From positions 4,922,854-4,986,853 of the forward strand of contig MU058213.1 of the NCBI GenBank assembly GCA_013265495.1: 64,000 nt of DNA, read 5' to 3'. The DNA is from Vicugna vicugna. Lineage: Eukaryota. Below, in pieces: positions 25,501 to 38,800 of this stretch (the stretch's first letter is position 1; each line of letters opens with the position of its first letter). The position numbers and the translations under genes are program-made. The notes below the pieces were generated by a model, which worked only from the letters and a program-made list of their open reading frames with translations, did not search any database and had not been told where the DNA came from.

Positions 25501-25896
25501 CGCAGATGGCTCCCTCCAGGTGACTGCAGCGTGGCTGTGGTTGAGACGGATTGCTTAGCTCAGATCATCTAAGCAGGTAACTCAGTTGTGGCTAATGTGA
25601 AGAAAAGCCATGATCAATTTTAAGAAACTAGATGACCCCCACCCTCACCCCAAATCCTGCCTTAAATATCAAACTGGCCTGTAGTTTTAGAAACCTGACA
25701 TCTTGCATGATCAGTAAGGCTGCAAGACATATATTAAGTTTGAGTTACCAAAAAAACCCCAAACCATGCTAATGAAGACAAAAATTAGACATCAGTTAAA
25801 TGAGTTAACATCAGTTACCTAGATGGGTTTCTTCCCTTTGTTCTATAAAGGGGTTACTATTTGATACTTAACTGTTGCAACAAGATTACCTTCTTT

Positions 25897-26052
25897 TAAA
25901 AAATTATTTATTTATTTATTTGGGAGGTGGAGGTAATCTGGTTGGTTGGCTCATTTATATATTTACTTACTTACAGAGGTACTGGGGATTGAACCCAGGA
26001 CTTCGTGCATGCTAAGCACATGCTCTACCACTGAGCTGTACCCTATCCCCCC
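25897..26052 (-). mobile_element. tRNA-Ala-derived SINE (Vic-1 type)
   Basis: Reverse complement of the tRNA-Ala head at ~25976-26047; imperfect TSD agattaccttcttt / aggttaccttttt. Confidence 0.9.
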
Positions 26053-27689
26053 AGGTTACCTTTTTGGGTAAATAAAATAGAAGCCCTTATTTTCCAGACC
26101 TCATCTAATTTCTCATTTCTTAATGCCTTGACTTGAGCCTGGTAACTTGGGTCATTTACCACCACCTGGTGACAGCTAAATTTAAATGCAGTTTTGTGAA
26201 TCATACGTAAAGCTCTTGAAGATCAAATTCACCAACTTATATGAGTCAAGAAGTGAGAGCAAAGGTGCCAAATGGATTTCATTTGCATTCCAGCTGCATG
26301 GTTCTCTGGATTTTGGGGAGCCCCCAATTTTGGGGGAGCACTTTGGAGATTATATGTTTAGCAAGTCTTATATTGGTTCATCCAGGCCTCCAAGAGTCTG
26401 TTCCAGACAACTCAGCCTCTGAAGTCTAAGGGGTGGATTGTTTAGAGGTAATGGATGGACAGATTCATTGATACACTCAATGTCTGAGAACGTAAAGATG
26501 ACTGAAGTCTTTATTCTCAAGAAGCTGACAGTCTAGGGAGGGAGAAATACCAGTAATAACATAGTAGGGGCTAATTTTGAGTGTTTTTCATGCTCAGTGC
26601 CATAGGAGACAATAGTTCAAGGCTCTTTGAGGTCAGCAGTCAGAAATAGTAGCGTCCTCCACAAAAATGTGTGGCTTAGGTATTGTGGGAAAGAACCAAA
26701 GACTTGGGAGACACATTACCCAGAATGTTAGCGAACCCAGAAGCATGAGAGTCGGCTTATTTTAGAAACTGGGTCCCTCACTTGGGAGAAGGTATGGGAT
26801 GTGCTCCAGGAGCAGACCCCAGAGGGGAAGTAAGTTGGATTCAAAGTCTGCACCTGTTGTGCGGCACGTGGGGCCCGCCATGCACTGCTTGCAGGCTTTG
26901 GCATCCTTTTTCTCTAATCTGAACAAGCCAACCTCGCCACAGAATATATTGTACAAGGTGCTTCTGTGAGAAGTGCTTGAGGATGAGAGCGAGTGAGCAC
27001 GCACAACGTTCGTTTTTAGCACAGGAGCACAGTTGCTTCTGAAAGCATCCGTTGCTGAAACACGAGAGCCTTTTCTCAGAAGGTTCAGCCCCCCACATCC
27101 TTCCCACAACCTGCTCTATCTCCAGAGCGAGGTGTGCCTCTTCCCGCGAGCAGCAGCGCTCTCTCTGGATGGCATCTTGGCCTTGTATTTCTTTATTTTT
27201 AAAACTAAAATCTGGGAACAGAGGTTGTCAGAACCACCTGGGTCTCTCCCCCTGTGCACTGTTCAATGGGAGTCCTTCAGCCACATCTCTTGCTTCTTTT
27301 GACTCAGAAACCACTCTGGTTACTTTAGAAACGTGCGTGTGTGAAGTCACTTTTTATATTATTTGATGCAGTATTGCCCCTGACCTTGGAATACTTTACT
27401 TAATTTCAGTACGTATTTTGCCTGTCATTTAAGGATTTTAAAAGTCAGTCTTTAAAAATCTTAACACTATGAGAAGGAATGAACAAGGGACAATATAAGG
27501 ATGATTTTTGAATATTATTCCTACAAACATAGAAGGAAATTTAAACAAAACACTCTTGTGCTTTGCCCAAAACCCCACCTCAGCCCCAGAACGATGTCGT
27601 TTATCTAACTTCTCTTAGGCTGTTACTTCCATCCTTGCACACACTTGTTTTCCTATCCCTCGAGGCCTTTTGTAACTACTTCTCCATTT

Positions 27690-28200
27690 TGTAGTATATT
27701 TGTTTTCAGTGTTTGTGTAATATATTTTATCAAATTGATATTGCATAATTTATTACCCATTCCTTCAGTGCTGGACATTAAGGTTATTTCCATTTTCTCT
27801 CTGTTATAAATGATAGGAGCAAGAACGTCTCCGTATATATAGCTTTTTTCCTACGTCTGAATTATATCCTTAGGATAAATTCCCAGGAGTGGGATTAGAG
27901 GGTCAAAGGGTATGAACAGCTTTATGGCTCTTAATATTTATTGCTGAAGTGCCCAAAGGGTCATTCTAATTTACAATGCCACCTGCAACACATGAGAGTA
28001 GCTGTCCCTCCCTCCCAGCCCTTGCAACACGGATTTCTTCAGTTAGTAGTCCGAGGCAAATTCAGTAGGTATGAAGGAGAACTAGTGACTGTTTTTAATT
28101 GTTAATGTTTATAATTATTATCAGCATTAGGTATTTTTTCTTAAGTATGTTTTGTGTTATATTCTATTTTGTATGGTTTGCTTTTCATGTCAGGGTGTTA
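27690..28200 (-). mobile_element. Old L1M 3' fragment
   Basis: ggacattaaggttatttcc, ttatatccttaggataaattcccaggagtgggatt, gggtcaaagggtatgaaca. Confidence 0.75.
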
Positions 28201-29139
28201 CTGTATTTCTTGATACCAGGTGGAATTTATGTTACAATGAAAATGTCAAATTCACTCAGGACAAAGAGGGTAATGATGAATCATGACCTAGATTCAGCAA
28301 ACAACAAAACAGGTCTTTGGGATCTATTCCTAGAAATGGAATTGCTGGGTCAAAGGGTAAATGTAATGCTCACTTGTACTTCGAGCTGTTGCTAGAGTCC
28401 TGTAAGAATTGTGTCATTTTGCAGACAGGGATTTTTTTTAAAAAAAGTTTGCAAATGCTCAAATTTAGTATATAGTATTGTAGGAAAAGTTATGTATTGA
28501 ACTTAAACACTGTTCCCGCTGTTGCCCAAGATGAGGCCTGGTATAGAGCACCCTGTTGGGAACCTGCGATTTGTCTATGGAGACATGATAAGTGAATGAA
28601 AAACAAACAATAGCCCAAGATACAGGATATATTATAAAAACAAAGGTGAGAGCCCAGCTCAAGTGTGTACCTTTGGGAAGCCCTCCCTGCCCACCCCAGG
28701 CCCCAGGAGTCCTCAGTCCTCTGAATGTCATGTTCACTTTCTGAGACAGTGACCTTTTTCCCAGAGCAAACCTTCTGACACTTGGTTGGACAAATATTAG
28801 TGTACTGACAGGAACAACAGAGCTGAGTGCCCGAAATGGAGTTAAGCCCGCATTTCCCGAAGCACAAGCACCTGTGGGAGGTCACTGAGGGCCACGGGGC
28901 AGAATCGGGGCAGAAAGGTTAGGCTGGCAAGCCGGGTGAGACGTGCCCTCCACAGCCATGTCTGGTGTCCCACGCGTACCTGCGCACAGAGTCCCCCCTC
29001 ATGGTAATGCTGTTCCCCCAAACACAAAAGAACCAGATGTGTAGTTTCTGTTTGAATGAAAACCAAAGGCACCACCTCTCCCTGTTGATTAAGTGTGCAG
29101 GTCTACATTTTTGATTAACAGTTTCCAATTTCTTTCTAG

Positions 29140-29223
29140 ATCGAGTCACTCAAGAAGGTGGTGCAGCAGAAGCAGCTCCTCATATTGCAGCTTTTAGAAA
29201 AGATATCTTTCTTAGAAGGAGAG
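29140..29223 (+). CDS. MYZAP: MYZAP coding exon 11, IESLKKVVQQKQLLILQLLEKISFLEGE
   Basis: tttctttctAG acceptor, GAG|gtaaga donor; 84 nt, phase 0-0. Read by hand. Confidence 0.95.
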
Positions 29224-30649
29224 GTAAGAAGCTGTGTTTCTTTAAGATGGTGTCTTCCCTACCATTAAATTTTATGTTGCAGAGCCCTCCCACCGACACT
29301 TAATTAAAAATACGGCTATTTCCTGGCCTTATAAAATTGATTGAAGGTTAACTGCCAACACTGAAAATGAGGTTCTGACAGCTAGTTTTTCTTTCCCATC
29401 TGACTCTCCTCATTCCCACTTGCTGCTCACCTCTGCTTCTTGGCTTGCGTTTTTCATGCTCAGGAATTTTCTCAGCAAGTCTGATAAGCTGCTGATGAAT
29501 GCTGCAAAGCCCCACGTTTGTGTTGGGCTCTACAATTGGCCAAGTGTTTTCACAGACATTCCTCACACAGTTCTCTCCACCACTTTAAGAAAGCAAGACA
29601 AGGATTCTTCTTTCTGTATTAACAAATTAAAAAAAAGTCACAGAGAAGGCAGATGGCTTTTCTCAAGATCACCTAGCTTCCTGCCAGAGCCAGGCTGAGA
29701 TGGGCTGACCCCTCATCTGGTGCTCTTCTGTGACATCGAGTCAGCGTGTTCTAGAGGTGACGGAATGTCACCTGAGACTTTCAAGATATTTAGTATTCTT
29801 GGCTTTCTGAAAGGCATTTTTGGGATTTTGTTTAGGTTCCAGGGAAGGGAATTCTGGCGCTGGAAGAACCTTGAAAGCTTAGGCCTTAACCGAAGGGGAA
29901 GCTGTCTGTTGTCTCTGAAGGCTCTTTATTAAGAACTTGGCTTAGCTTTCTCCTTTTCAGCCTCTGAATTTCTCCTTGTGTTTCCCTCCCCGTTGTAGTC
30001 TCTCTTCAGTGAGACAGTCCAGGAGAGAGTGATGAAGTAAGGAGACAGAAGACAAGTTATTAAGCTCCTAGTGTGTGCTGGGTGCTGTTAATTACTTTCA
30101 GTACCTTTCGTAGAACATAGAGGTAAAGAGCGAATCAGACTTGCCCAGGGCTGAACTTCAGATCTGCTTTTTATTGGCTGGGGGACACGCATTACAGTTA
30201 GAAAGCGAGGAGGATGCCTGCGCCTACATGCGTGTGTCCGTGCAGTGAGGGTGCGCTGAAAGAGCCTGGCAGGAGCTAAGCACGTGATCATTTTCTCACT
30301 TCATTAAGAGGGAGGGATGTCATACGAGCTAGAGTGTTCGCTCCATTTTACAGCTGGAGAAACTGAGGTTTGGGGGTGTTAAGGAACCTGCCCAAGGTGA
30401 CAGTTAGAAATGGGTTGGCCTGAGCTCTTAAGCATCATGTTTGTAGGGGTGGCAAGCAAGGTCTTTGTTTACTTTGTTTTGGGGGCACTGGCTATAAAAG
30501 TCATAAGCAGAAGTCCCTAGTGGCCCATGGGGACCTGCAGCAGACTCAGAGCCCAATGGAGGGGGAGGGGAGGAGCTATACCCAGAACAGAGATGTCCTG
30601 TTATATGAGGTCTTCCCCCCTCCCCCATTCCATACAGGGAACTCATTTC

Positions 30650-31360
30650 TACATAATCTGTGTCTCTGTCTTTTACATACATCTCTTATAGACAGTATAT
30701 GCTTTTTTATACATTCTGATACTCTGACTTAGATTGGAGTGTACAGCCTATTACTGGTAAGCTTGGTTTTAGGTTTGCCATTTTATTATGTCTTGTCTAT
30801 TGGTACTTCTGGCTTGTTTTGTTTATTTTGTTCCCCTCTCTTGCTTTCTTTCAGAATTCCATTTCAATGTATCTACTGGCATTCGCTGTGTCTTTCTGTA
30901 ATGTTTTAATGGTTGCTCTAAGTATTACAATATACATCACAGTCCACTTAGACATAAGATTGTACCACTTCATGTAAAATGTGGAAGTCTTACAATAAGG
31001 TCCATTTACCCCTCCCCTGGCTATTCTAGATACATTATAAACCCACAGCACAGTGTTATAATTTGTTGTAACAATCATGTCTTTTAAAGAAATTAAGAGA
31101 AAACAATCATCTTTCATATTTACTCACATATTTATTTCTGATGTTCTTCATTCATTCCTGATAATCTGAGTTTCTTTCCGTTTTCATCTCTTTGGCCTGA
31201 AATTTTACTTAGCATTTTGTGTAGTGCAGGCGAGATGGGGATAAATTCACTTAGTGTTCCTTATTTGAAAGTAAAGCCTTTATTTCATCTTTATTATTGA
31301 ACTACACAGGTCTAGGTTGATCGTTTCTTTTAGTACTCACTGTCTTCTGCCTTTTGTAGT
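30650..31360 (-). mobile_element. Old L1M fragment (ORF2 5'/spacer region)
   Basis: agacagtatatgc...tagattggagtgt...ggttgctctaagtattacaatatacatc...ttagcattttgtgtagtgcagg. Confidence 0.65.
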
Positions 31361-31371
31361 TTTTTCTATAT

Positions 31372-31776
31372 ATTTTTATTGAAGTATAGTCAATATCTGG
31401 TGTACAGCAAAATGCTTCAGTCATATAGTAACATACATATATTCCTTTTCATATTCTTTTTCATTATAGGTTACTGTAAGGTTGAACATAGTTCCCTGTG
31501 CGCTATACAGTATGAACTTGTTCATCTATTTTACATGTATCAGTATCTGCAAATCTCTAACTCCCAGTTTATCCCTTCCCACCATAAGTTTGTTTTCTAT
31601 GTCTGAGTCTTTCTGATTTTGAGTCTTTTCATTTGAGTTATTTTTTTAGATTCCACATGTAAGTGGTATCATATATTTGTCTTTCTCTAACTTACTTCAC
31701 TTAGAATGATGATCTCCAGGTCGATCCATGTTTCTGCAAATGACACAGGAATACTACTCAGCCATAAAAAGAAAAA
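31372..31776 (-). mobile_element. Short lineage-specific L1 with 5' inversion
   Basis: Antisense L1 3' UTR 31372-31745, followed by the adjacent upstream L1 segment ggaatactactcagccataaaaagaaaa in the opposite orientation. Confidence 0.85.
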
Positions 31777-33470
31777 CCAATGGGATTGTATTTTTAAGAG
31801 TATAAGTGTTTTGTATCTGTGCTTCAGTGGCAAGCTGATGTGAACAGAGTTCCTCTGGAAAAGAACCAAAGAATGGGGGCCACCAGTCCACTATTCACTG
31901 TAAACCAACTGGGGCATCTTTACTAACCTTGTCTTTTCTGCCCCCTAACTATAGGTACTTGACCCAGCATTTTATGATATCCTCATTATTAAAGTCTACA
32001 CTGAGAAAAGGATAAAATGGTGGGATGGCTGGAGCTTGTTAATGGGCAGGCCTCTTTTGCCTTTCTCTGCCCTTGTGAGTAGAGTCCACATATTGCTGGG
32101 AAGCTGTGTGTAAGTGCTCACGACGCCCTGGCAGTGAGCCAGCACCGTTCTCCCAAACTGAGCATCAGGTGATCATTAGGTGATGATAGGCGCAGAGCCC
32201 ATAAGTCTGTCAGGGCTTGCCGGCTGCTCAGGAATCTGGAACGCATTCTCTTCCTTTACGCCGTTTCCCATTGGTCAGCAGGCATTCCTAGCCCCTCACA
32301 TCCTGCAGAACACGAGTCTGCAACAGAGCTACTGCTTTGCACCTCGGTATCCTGCATTCAGGGCAGGTGCTCCCGAGCTGTATACCCACCTTCTTTCTTT
32401 CAGAACAAATGAGCTTCTGGCTCCAGAGAACTTTTCAGCTTGTATCTGTGACCTAGTACTTATCTTAGAACAGTGTCTGAGCTTCAGCACCTACTTAAAA
32501 AGAAGAGACAAATGCTTTAATTTTTTTTCCAGTTATGCAAGTAAAATGTACTTTTAAAAGCACTTACAGTAAATCTTGTATCTCCTACATGCCATGCTCT
32601 GAAAACAGTCAGGAAGATAATTAATGGTCACTGCCTCATGAAAATTTCATCTAGCATTACAGAAAATAAAATCCAAAAGTCTCAATACAGAGATAACCGC
32701 TGGATGAATTTTTTAAAATGTGTTTTTGTCCTTTAGATTTTGTGTACCAGTACTTCATCTGTTTTCATTTCAATATTATCCTCAATTCCCTTGCTCCTTT
32801 GTCCTTCATTTCCCCCAGGGGGCAAATTTCCAATTCCTGAGCATCTAATCATCAGCCTATGTAATGTTTGGCTCTGACCTGGGGAAGGAAAACTGTATAG
32901 CATGCTCATTTTAATCCCAAGGAGCTTGTTCTACTTTATATGTTTGAGATGCTGAATTTTCCACACCTATGAAATACTAATTATTAAGTTATAGAGGTAT
33001 TTCCCACTAAATTAAATTAATAGACTTACTCATTTTATAGTTTAATGAGGGAGTATTAAAACATTAGTTGTACCTTATTTATAACTGAAAAAAAGTGATA
33101 AATATCTAAATGCCATCAATAAGAGACTAGTTAAGTAAGTAATGTACATCCATACAATGGAATGCTATAAACCCATTAAAATATTTTGTTGACATAAAAA
33201 GACATGGAAAGAGTCACAGCAAATAATGGCACAGAGTAGGGTATCTTGTTTGTTTCCATTTAGGTAAAATTGAATACATATGTATGTCCATGCACAGAAT
33301 GCTATCTGTAAGGATGCTGTCCACATAGTTCCTTGACTCATATTGCATAAGACGTGCTTAATAAATACTTTGTATGATACAGTTTATATGTATTATCTGG
33401 ATTTTCCCCTACGACATAGACATCTACCACGTATTTGCTTTACTAAAAGTGCCTTTTTCCTCATCTCTAG

Positions 33471-33571
33471 AATAATGAACTACAGAGCAAGCTGGACTAT
33501 TTAATAGAAACCCAGGCCAAGACTGAAGTGGAGACCAGAGAGATTGGAGTGGGCTGTGACCTTCTACCCAG
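33471..33571 (+). CDS. MYZAP: MYZAP coding exon 12, NNELQSKLDYLIETQAKTEVETREIGVGCDLLP(S)
   Basis: tcatctctAG acceptor, CAG|gtattt donor; 101 nt, phase 0-2. Confidence 0.95.
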
Positions 33572-35819
33572 GTATTTAGGAATTTCCTATTTTTCTGACT
33601 CAAATTCCCCTTTGACTTAAGAAAATACTTTCCTGGGCTGTTCTTACCAGAGTTGCATTCTTTCTATCAAAAAATATTTCTGTGAAGAGAAGTAGTGGCT
33701 GCTGAGGGGTCTGCTGATTTCTGTGGGGCAGGGGGCTTGTGTGTGGGGGGAGGGTGGTGAGGCCACTTCAGAGAGAGACTGGCCCTACCAGTGAGTGTAT
33801 GCATTCGGTCCTGCATTTATTCATTCAACAAACTTACCTGTTGGGTACCTTCCCTGTGCCAGATTGGGTTCCTGCTGCAGAGTACAGTCTGCAAGGGAAG
33901 ACAGGTAAGTAGACAGGTGTTTTCATCTGTGAGAGGAACCTGTGAGATGCTTTAGTTACAAAGAGGAGGGGGAGTTTAAATCTTGAACAAAATTGGTTCC
34001 CCAGTACCGTAACAGTGTTATCATACACTGGACCACATTCATAAATGATCTGCTTTAGCCATGAGCTGATAAACAATAACTATAACCTGGTTCATTCATT
34101 AGCTCAGAAATGCAAGGGAACTGACCCGTTTGTTGTTAAGCTGTTTGTTCCTGGGCCTCTCCTGACTCAGATTAGAGCCTGTGACCCGGTAACCAACCTA
34201 CCGTCTCTAGGTGTGCAAACCGAGCTTGCCCAAAGAGGACAGAAAACAAGTTTATAATACGGACACTGATGGTATGTAGTTTATGATTTAGGGAACCACA
34301 ATCACAAAGTGCCTTGTATAGTGTGTGTAGGAGAGTGTATTCTTGTGTGATCAGGAGCGTTAGTAGGTCAGAATGGCCTTGAATGGTTACATGGGTGGGA
34401 AACAGGGAGGAGGGGATCGCCAAGGAGGGATGTAGAATCCCTGGTTCTGGTCCTCATAGTCAGCAGCAGCAGGATGTGTTCAGGCTGGACTCTCTTTGCT
34501 GGGGCCTCAGTTTCCCAATCTGTTAAATCGGTGATTTGACTATGTGACTTCTGAGGTCTAACCAGCTCAAACATTGTCTAACAGTGTCCCATTTCCCTAT
34601 TTCATTCATTACTGATGTTGGCTTTTTTGTCCATTAAAATGAGCCACTTGCCATTCTCTTAAGTTTTTACCAAAAGCAGCATTAAAGTCTTTCTTTGACA
34701 TTGTTCTCCTTTACGCTGCTCACTTTCTGGTTGAAAACAAGACAGTTTTATCATTCTGCTATAATTAGCAGGAAATGTTGAAAAAAGAAGGGAAAAGAAT
34801 ATGTAAATAGACTCCAGGTCTCATCAATTCAGGGGACAAAGTACTTGATAAAAATAAGACCCAAAAGAATGTCTGATCACGTTCAGGGACTCCTTTTAAA
34901 AGATTTAAAAAAAAAAAAAAAGGAAAATTGGCCAAACTATTATTGGCCAAACTATTTATTTTTCAAGAACCAAGTGGCTTAGTCCCCTTTAATTGCCCAC
35001 ATAATAAATCTTGTTTGGTTAAGACAGGTACAAAACTATGTCTGAAACCAATAAATTGTTTGTTTTCTAATTCCCACATTTTGGCTTAAAACAAGGTTTT
35101 CAATTTTTATGCTGAAGGAGAGCCTGAAGCAAACTTTTATGGCGAAGTTATGAAACCACAAAGCGGTTTTCATAATGGAAGTGCTGACAGACTCTTAACT
35201 TATGGCCACAGTGAACTTGGAAGCCACTTCAGTATCTAAAAGCAGCTTTTCCATAAACGTAACATTTGGTTTCCCCCAGGATCCATCTTAGCACTTTAAC
35301 TACCTGGGTCAATCAGCAGAGGAAATGAAAACTACGTATCCACATTTCCGAAAAGGCAGAGTAATGTTTCATTCGTTTCCGCACAAATATTTATCAAATG
35401 CCTACTATGTGAAGGATGCCGTGCGTGCCTGGGTGGCGAGAGGGAATTGAGGGCCGTGCACCACCTGTGCTTCTGGGAACCACGTGCTCTGTGCTGGGGC
35501 TCTGGGAGAGGCACCGGGGGTGAGGAGGCAAGGAGCGGGGGACCCTCCCTGCCAAAAACAAACAACCCGAGAAACCCAGCTTTTAGTGTGCTTTATATGA
35601 CAGATGCCAAGTAAGATTTTGCTTGAATAAAGACCTCCGCGGTCAAAATCAAAATCAAATTAGAACCTCCTGGTCTAGTTTTATCTCCATGTTTTGTAGA
35701 CAGCAAAATTGAGGCCCAGAGAGAGAAAGTGATTCACTAACAGCCACACAGCTGGGATTGGAACCATGCCTTTGGAGTCCTAGCGTGATAACATTTGTAG
35801 TTTTAAAATGCTCAACAGA

Positions 35820-38800
35820 TGAAAGGTCTTCTGTAAATAGAAAAGAAGCAAGAATCTATAGAAAAGGGAAAATAACACAATTGGAAATGTGATAACTACA
35901 ACGAACAGTAAAAGAATCAACATGAAGATGTAAAAGAGGGCATCAAAATCATAAAATGTGGGAGACGGGACCAAGGAAATGTAGATTTTTTTGTTCTTTT
36001 TAGGATGTATTACTAGCAGTCTAAAGCAAGTAGATACAGTAATGGGTTAAAATACTTGAAAACAAGGGTAACCATGAATTAAAAACAGAAAGGTCAGAAA
36101 AGCCAAAAAGAAAAAAAAAAAAAGAAAAAAAAAAAAGAGCATAATACAAAAGAAAATCATCAAACCACAAAAGGAAAAACAAAAGGAAACGAAGAAATAC
36201 AACAACAACAACTGGGAAACAAGATTTAAGATGGTAATAAACACATCTATCAGTAATTACTGTAAATGTCAATGGGTTAAATGCTCCAATCAAAAGACAG
36301 AATGGCAGACTGGATAATAAAAACAAGAGCCTACAATTCACTGCCTCCAAGTGACTCACTTGAGGGCAAAGGACACTAGACTGAAAGTGAGGGGATGGAA
36401 AAAGATACTGCATGCAAATGGAAATAACAAGACAGTGTGGGTACCAATACTCTTGTCAGATGAAATAGACTTTTCAAGGTCATAAAGATAAAGGACATTT
36501 TGTATTGATCCTTTTATCATTATATAAAGAAAATATTATACTCGTTAACATATACGCACCTAATACAGGAGCACCTAAATACATAAAACAAACACTAACA
36601 GACATGGAGAGACTGATGGGAATACAGTAATAGGAGGAAACTAACACCCCATCACTGGACAGCTTTCCCAGGCAGAAAATCAGTAAGGCAACAGAGCTCC
36701 TAAATGACCACAATAGAACAGTCAGACTTAATTCGTAGTTTCAGGACATTACATCCAAAAAACCTAGAATGTATACATTCTTTTCCAGTGCACATGGAAC
36801 ATTCTCTAGGATAGTCTACATACTCAGACACAAAACAAGCCTCTATCTGAAGCATCTTTTCTGACCACTATGTCATGAAACTAGAAGTCAACCATAGAAA
36901 GAGAAATGAGAAAAAATGATTGCAAGGAGACTAAACAACATGCTACTGGAAAAAAAACCAAACAGTGGGCAATGGTGAAATCAAAAGGAAGGGAAATTAA
37001 AAAATCCCTTGAGAGAAATTACATTGAAAACACAACCACACAAAATCTACAGGGTGTAGCATATAAGAGGGAAATTCATGGTGATACAGGCTTCCTCAAA
37101 AATTAAGAAAAATCTCAAATAACCTAACCTAACACCTATAAGAATTAAAGAAGAACAAACAAAACGTAAAGTCAGCAGAAGGAAAGAAAGAAACCAAGAG
37201 CTGTTTTTTTGAAAGAGTAAACAAAATCTATAATCCTCTCAGCAGGCTCACCAAAAAGAGAAAGGACTCAAAATAAATGAAAGAGGAAAATGACAGCCAA
37301 TAATACCACAGAAATACAAAGAACCATTAAAGAATACTATAAACAATTATATGCCAACAAATTGGACAAGTTTCTAGAAACACACAGCCCACTAAAATTG
37401 AATCAACAGGAAATAGATAATTTGAACAGACTGATCACTAGAAGTGAAACAAAATCAGTAATAAACTCCCTGCAAACGAAAGTCCAGGAACAGATGGCTT
37501 CACTGGGGAATTCTACCAAACATACAAAGATCTTATACCAGTCCTGCTCAAACTATTCCAAAAGACTGAAGAGGAAGGAACACTCCCAAACTCCTATGAA
37601 GCCGCCATCACTCTGATATCAAAACCAAAGACACTATCAAAAAGGAAAATTGTGGGCCAATAACTTTGATGAATATAGATGTAAAAATTCTCAACAAAAA
37701 TATTAGCAAACTGTATCCAACAACACATACAAAAGATCATATGCTGTTATCAAGCTGAATTCATCCCAGGGACACAAGGATGGTTGAACATAAGCAAATC
37801 CATCAATGTAATATACCACATCCACAAAAAGGGCAAAAACCACATGATTATCTCAACAGATGTAGAAAAAGCATTTGATAAAATTCAACATCCATTCATG
37901 ATAAAAACTCTTACCAAAGTGGGTATAGAGGGAACATATCTCAACAGAGTAAAAGCTATTTATGACAAACCCACAGCCAGCATAACACTCAATGGTGAAA
38001 AGTTGAAAGCCTTCCCCCTAAAATTCAGAACAAGACAAGGCTTCCCACTCTCACCACTTCTGTTCAACATAATATTGGAAGTCCTAGCCATAGGAATCAG
38101 CAAGAAAAAGAAATAAACAGGATCCAACTTGGAAGAGAAGAGGTAAAACTGTCACTATACACAAATGACATAATACTTCATATAGAAAACCCTAAAGACT
38201 CCACACAAAAACTGCTAAAGCTGATAAATGAATTCAGCAAGGTAGCAGGATACAAGATTAACATACAGAAATCTGTTGCATTTCCTTACAGTAGGTGAAA
38301 TATCAGAGAAGTTAAAAAAATACAATCCTTTTTAAAATTGCATAAAAAAAAACTTAGGAATAAACCTGATCAAGGAGGTGAAAGTCTTACACATGGAAAA
38401 ATATAAAACAAAGATTAACAAAATTAGAGATGATTTAAAGAAATGGAAAGATGTCCCATGCTCTTAGATTACAAGAATTAATACTGTTAAATTGCTATAC
38501 CACCCAAAGCAATCTACAGATTTAATGTAATCCATATCAAATTACTCAGGACATTTTTCACAGAACTAGAACAACTAATCCCAAAATCTATATGGAACCA
38601 CAAAAATCCCAGAATTGCCAAAGCAATACTGAAGAAAATGAAGGTGGAGGTGTAACCCTCCCATACTTCAGACAATACTATATACTGTAGATAATATTAC
38701 AAAGCTATAGTAATTAAAACCACATGGATTAGCACAGAAACAGACATATGGATCAATGGAACAAAACAGAGAGCCCCAAAATAAACCCACACCCCTACAG

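Noticed and set aside
33611..33621. Read-through stop context (ttgacttaag) resembling the true stop context (ctgacttaag, 50841-50850)
   Set aside because: A 9-nt match with no further homology; probably coincidence.
34927..34956. Tandem 15-bp duplication attggccaaactatt x2
   Set aside because: Simple slippage duplication with only two units and no spacer; not an array.
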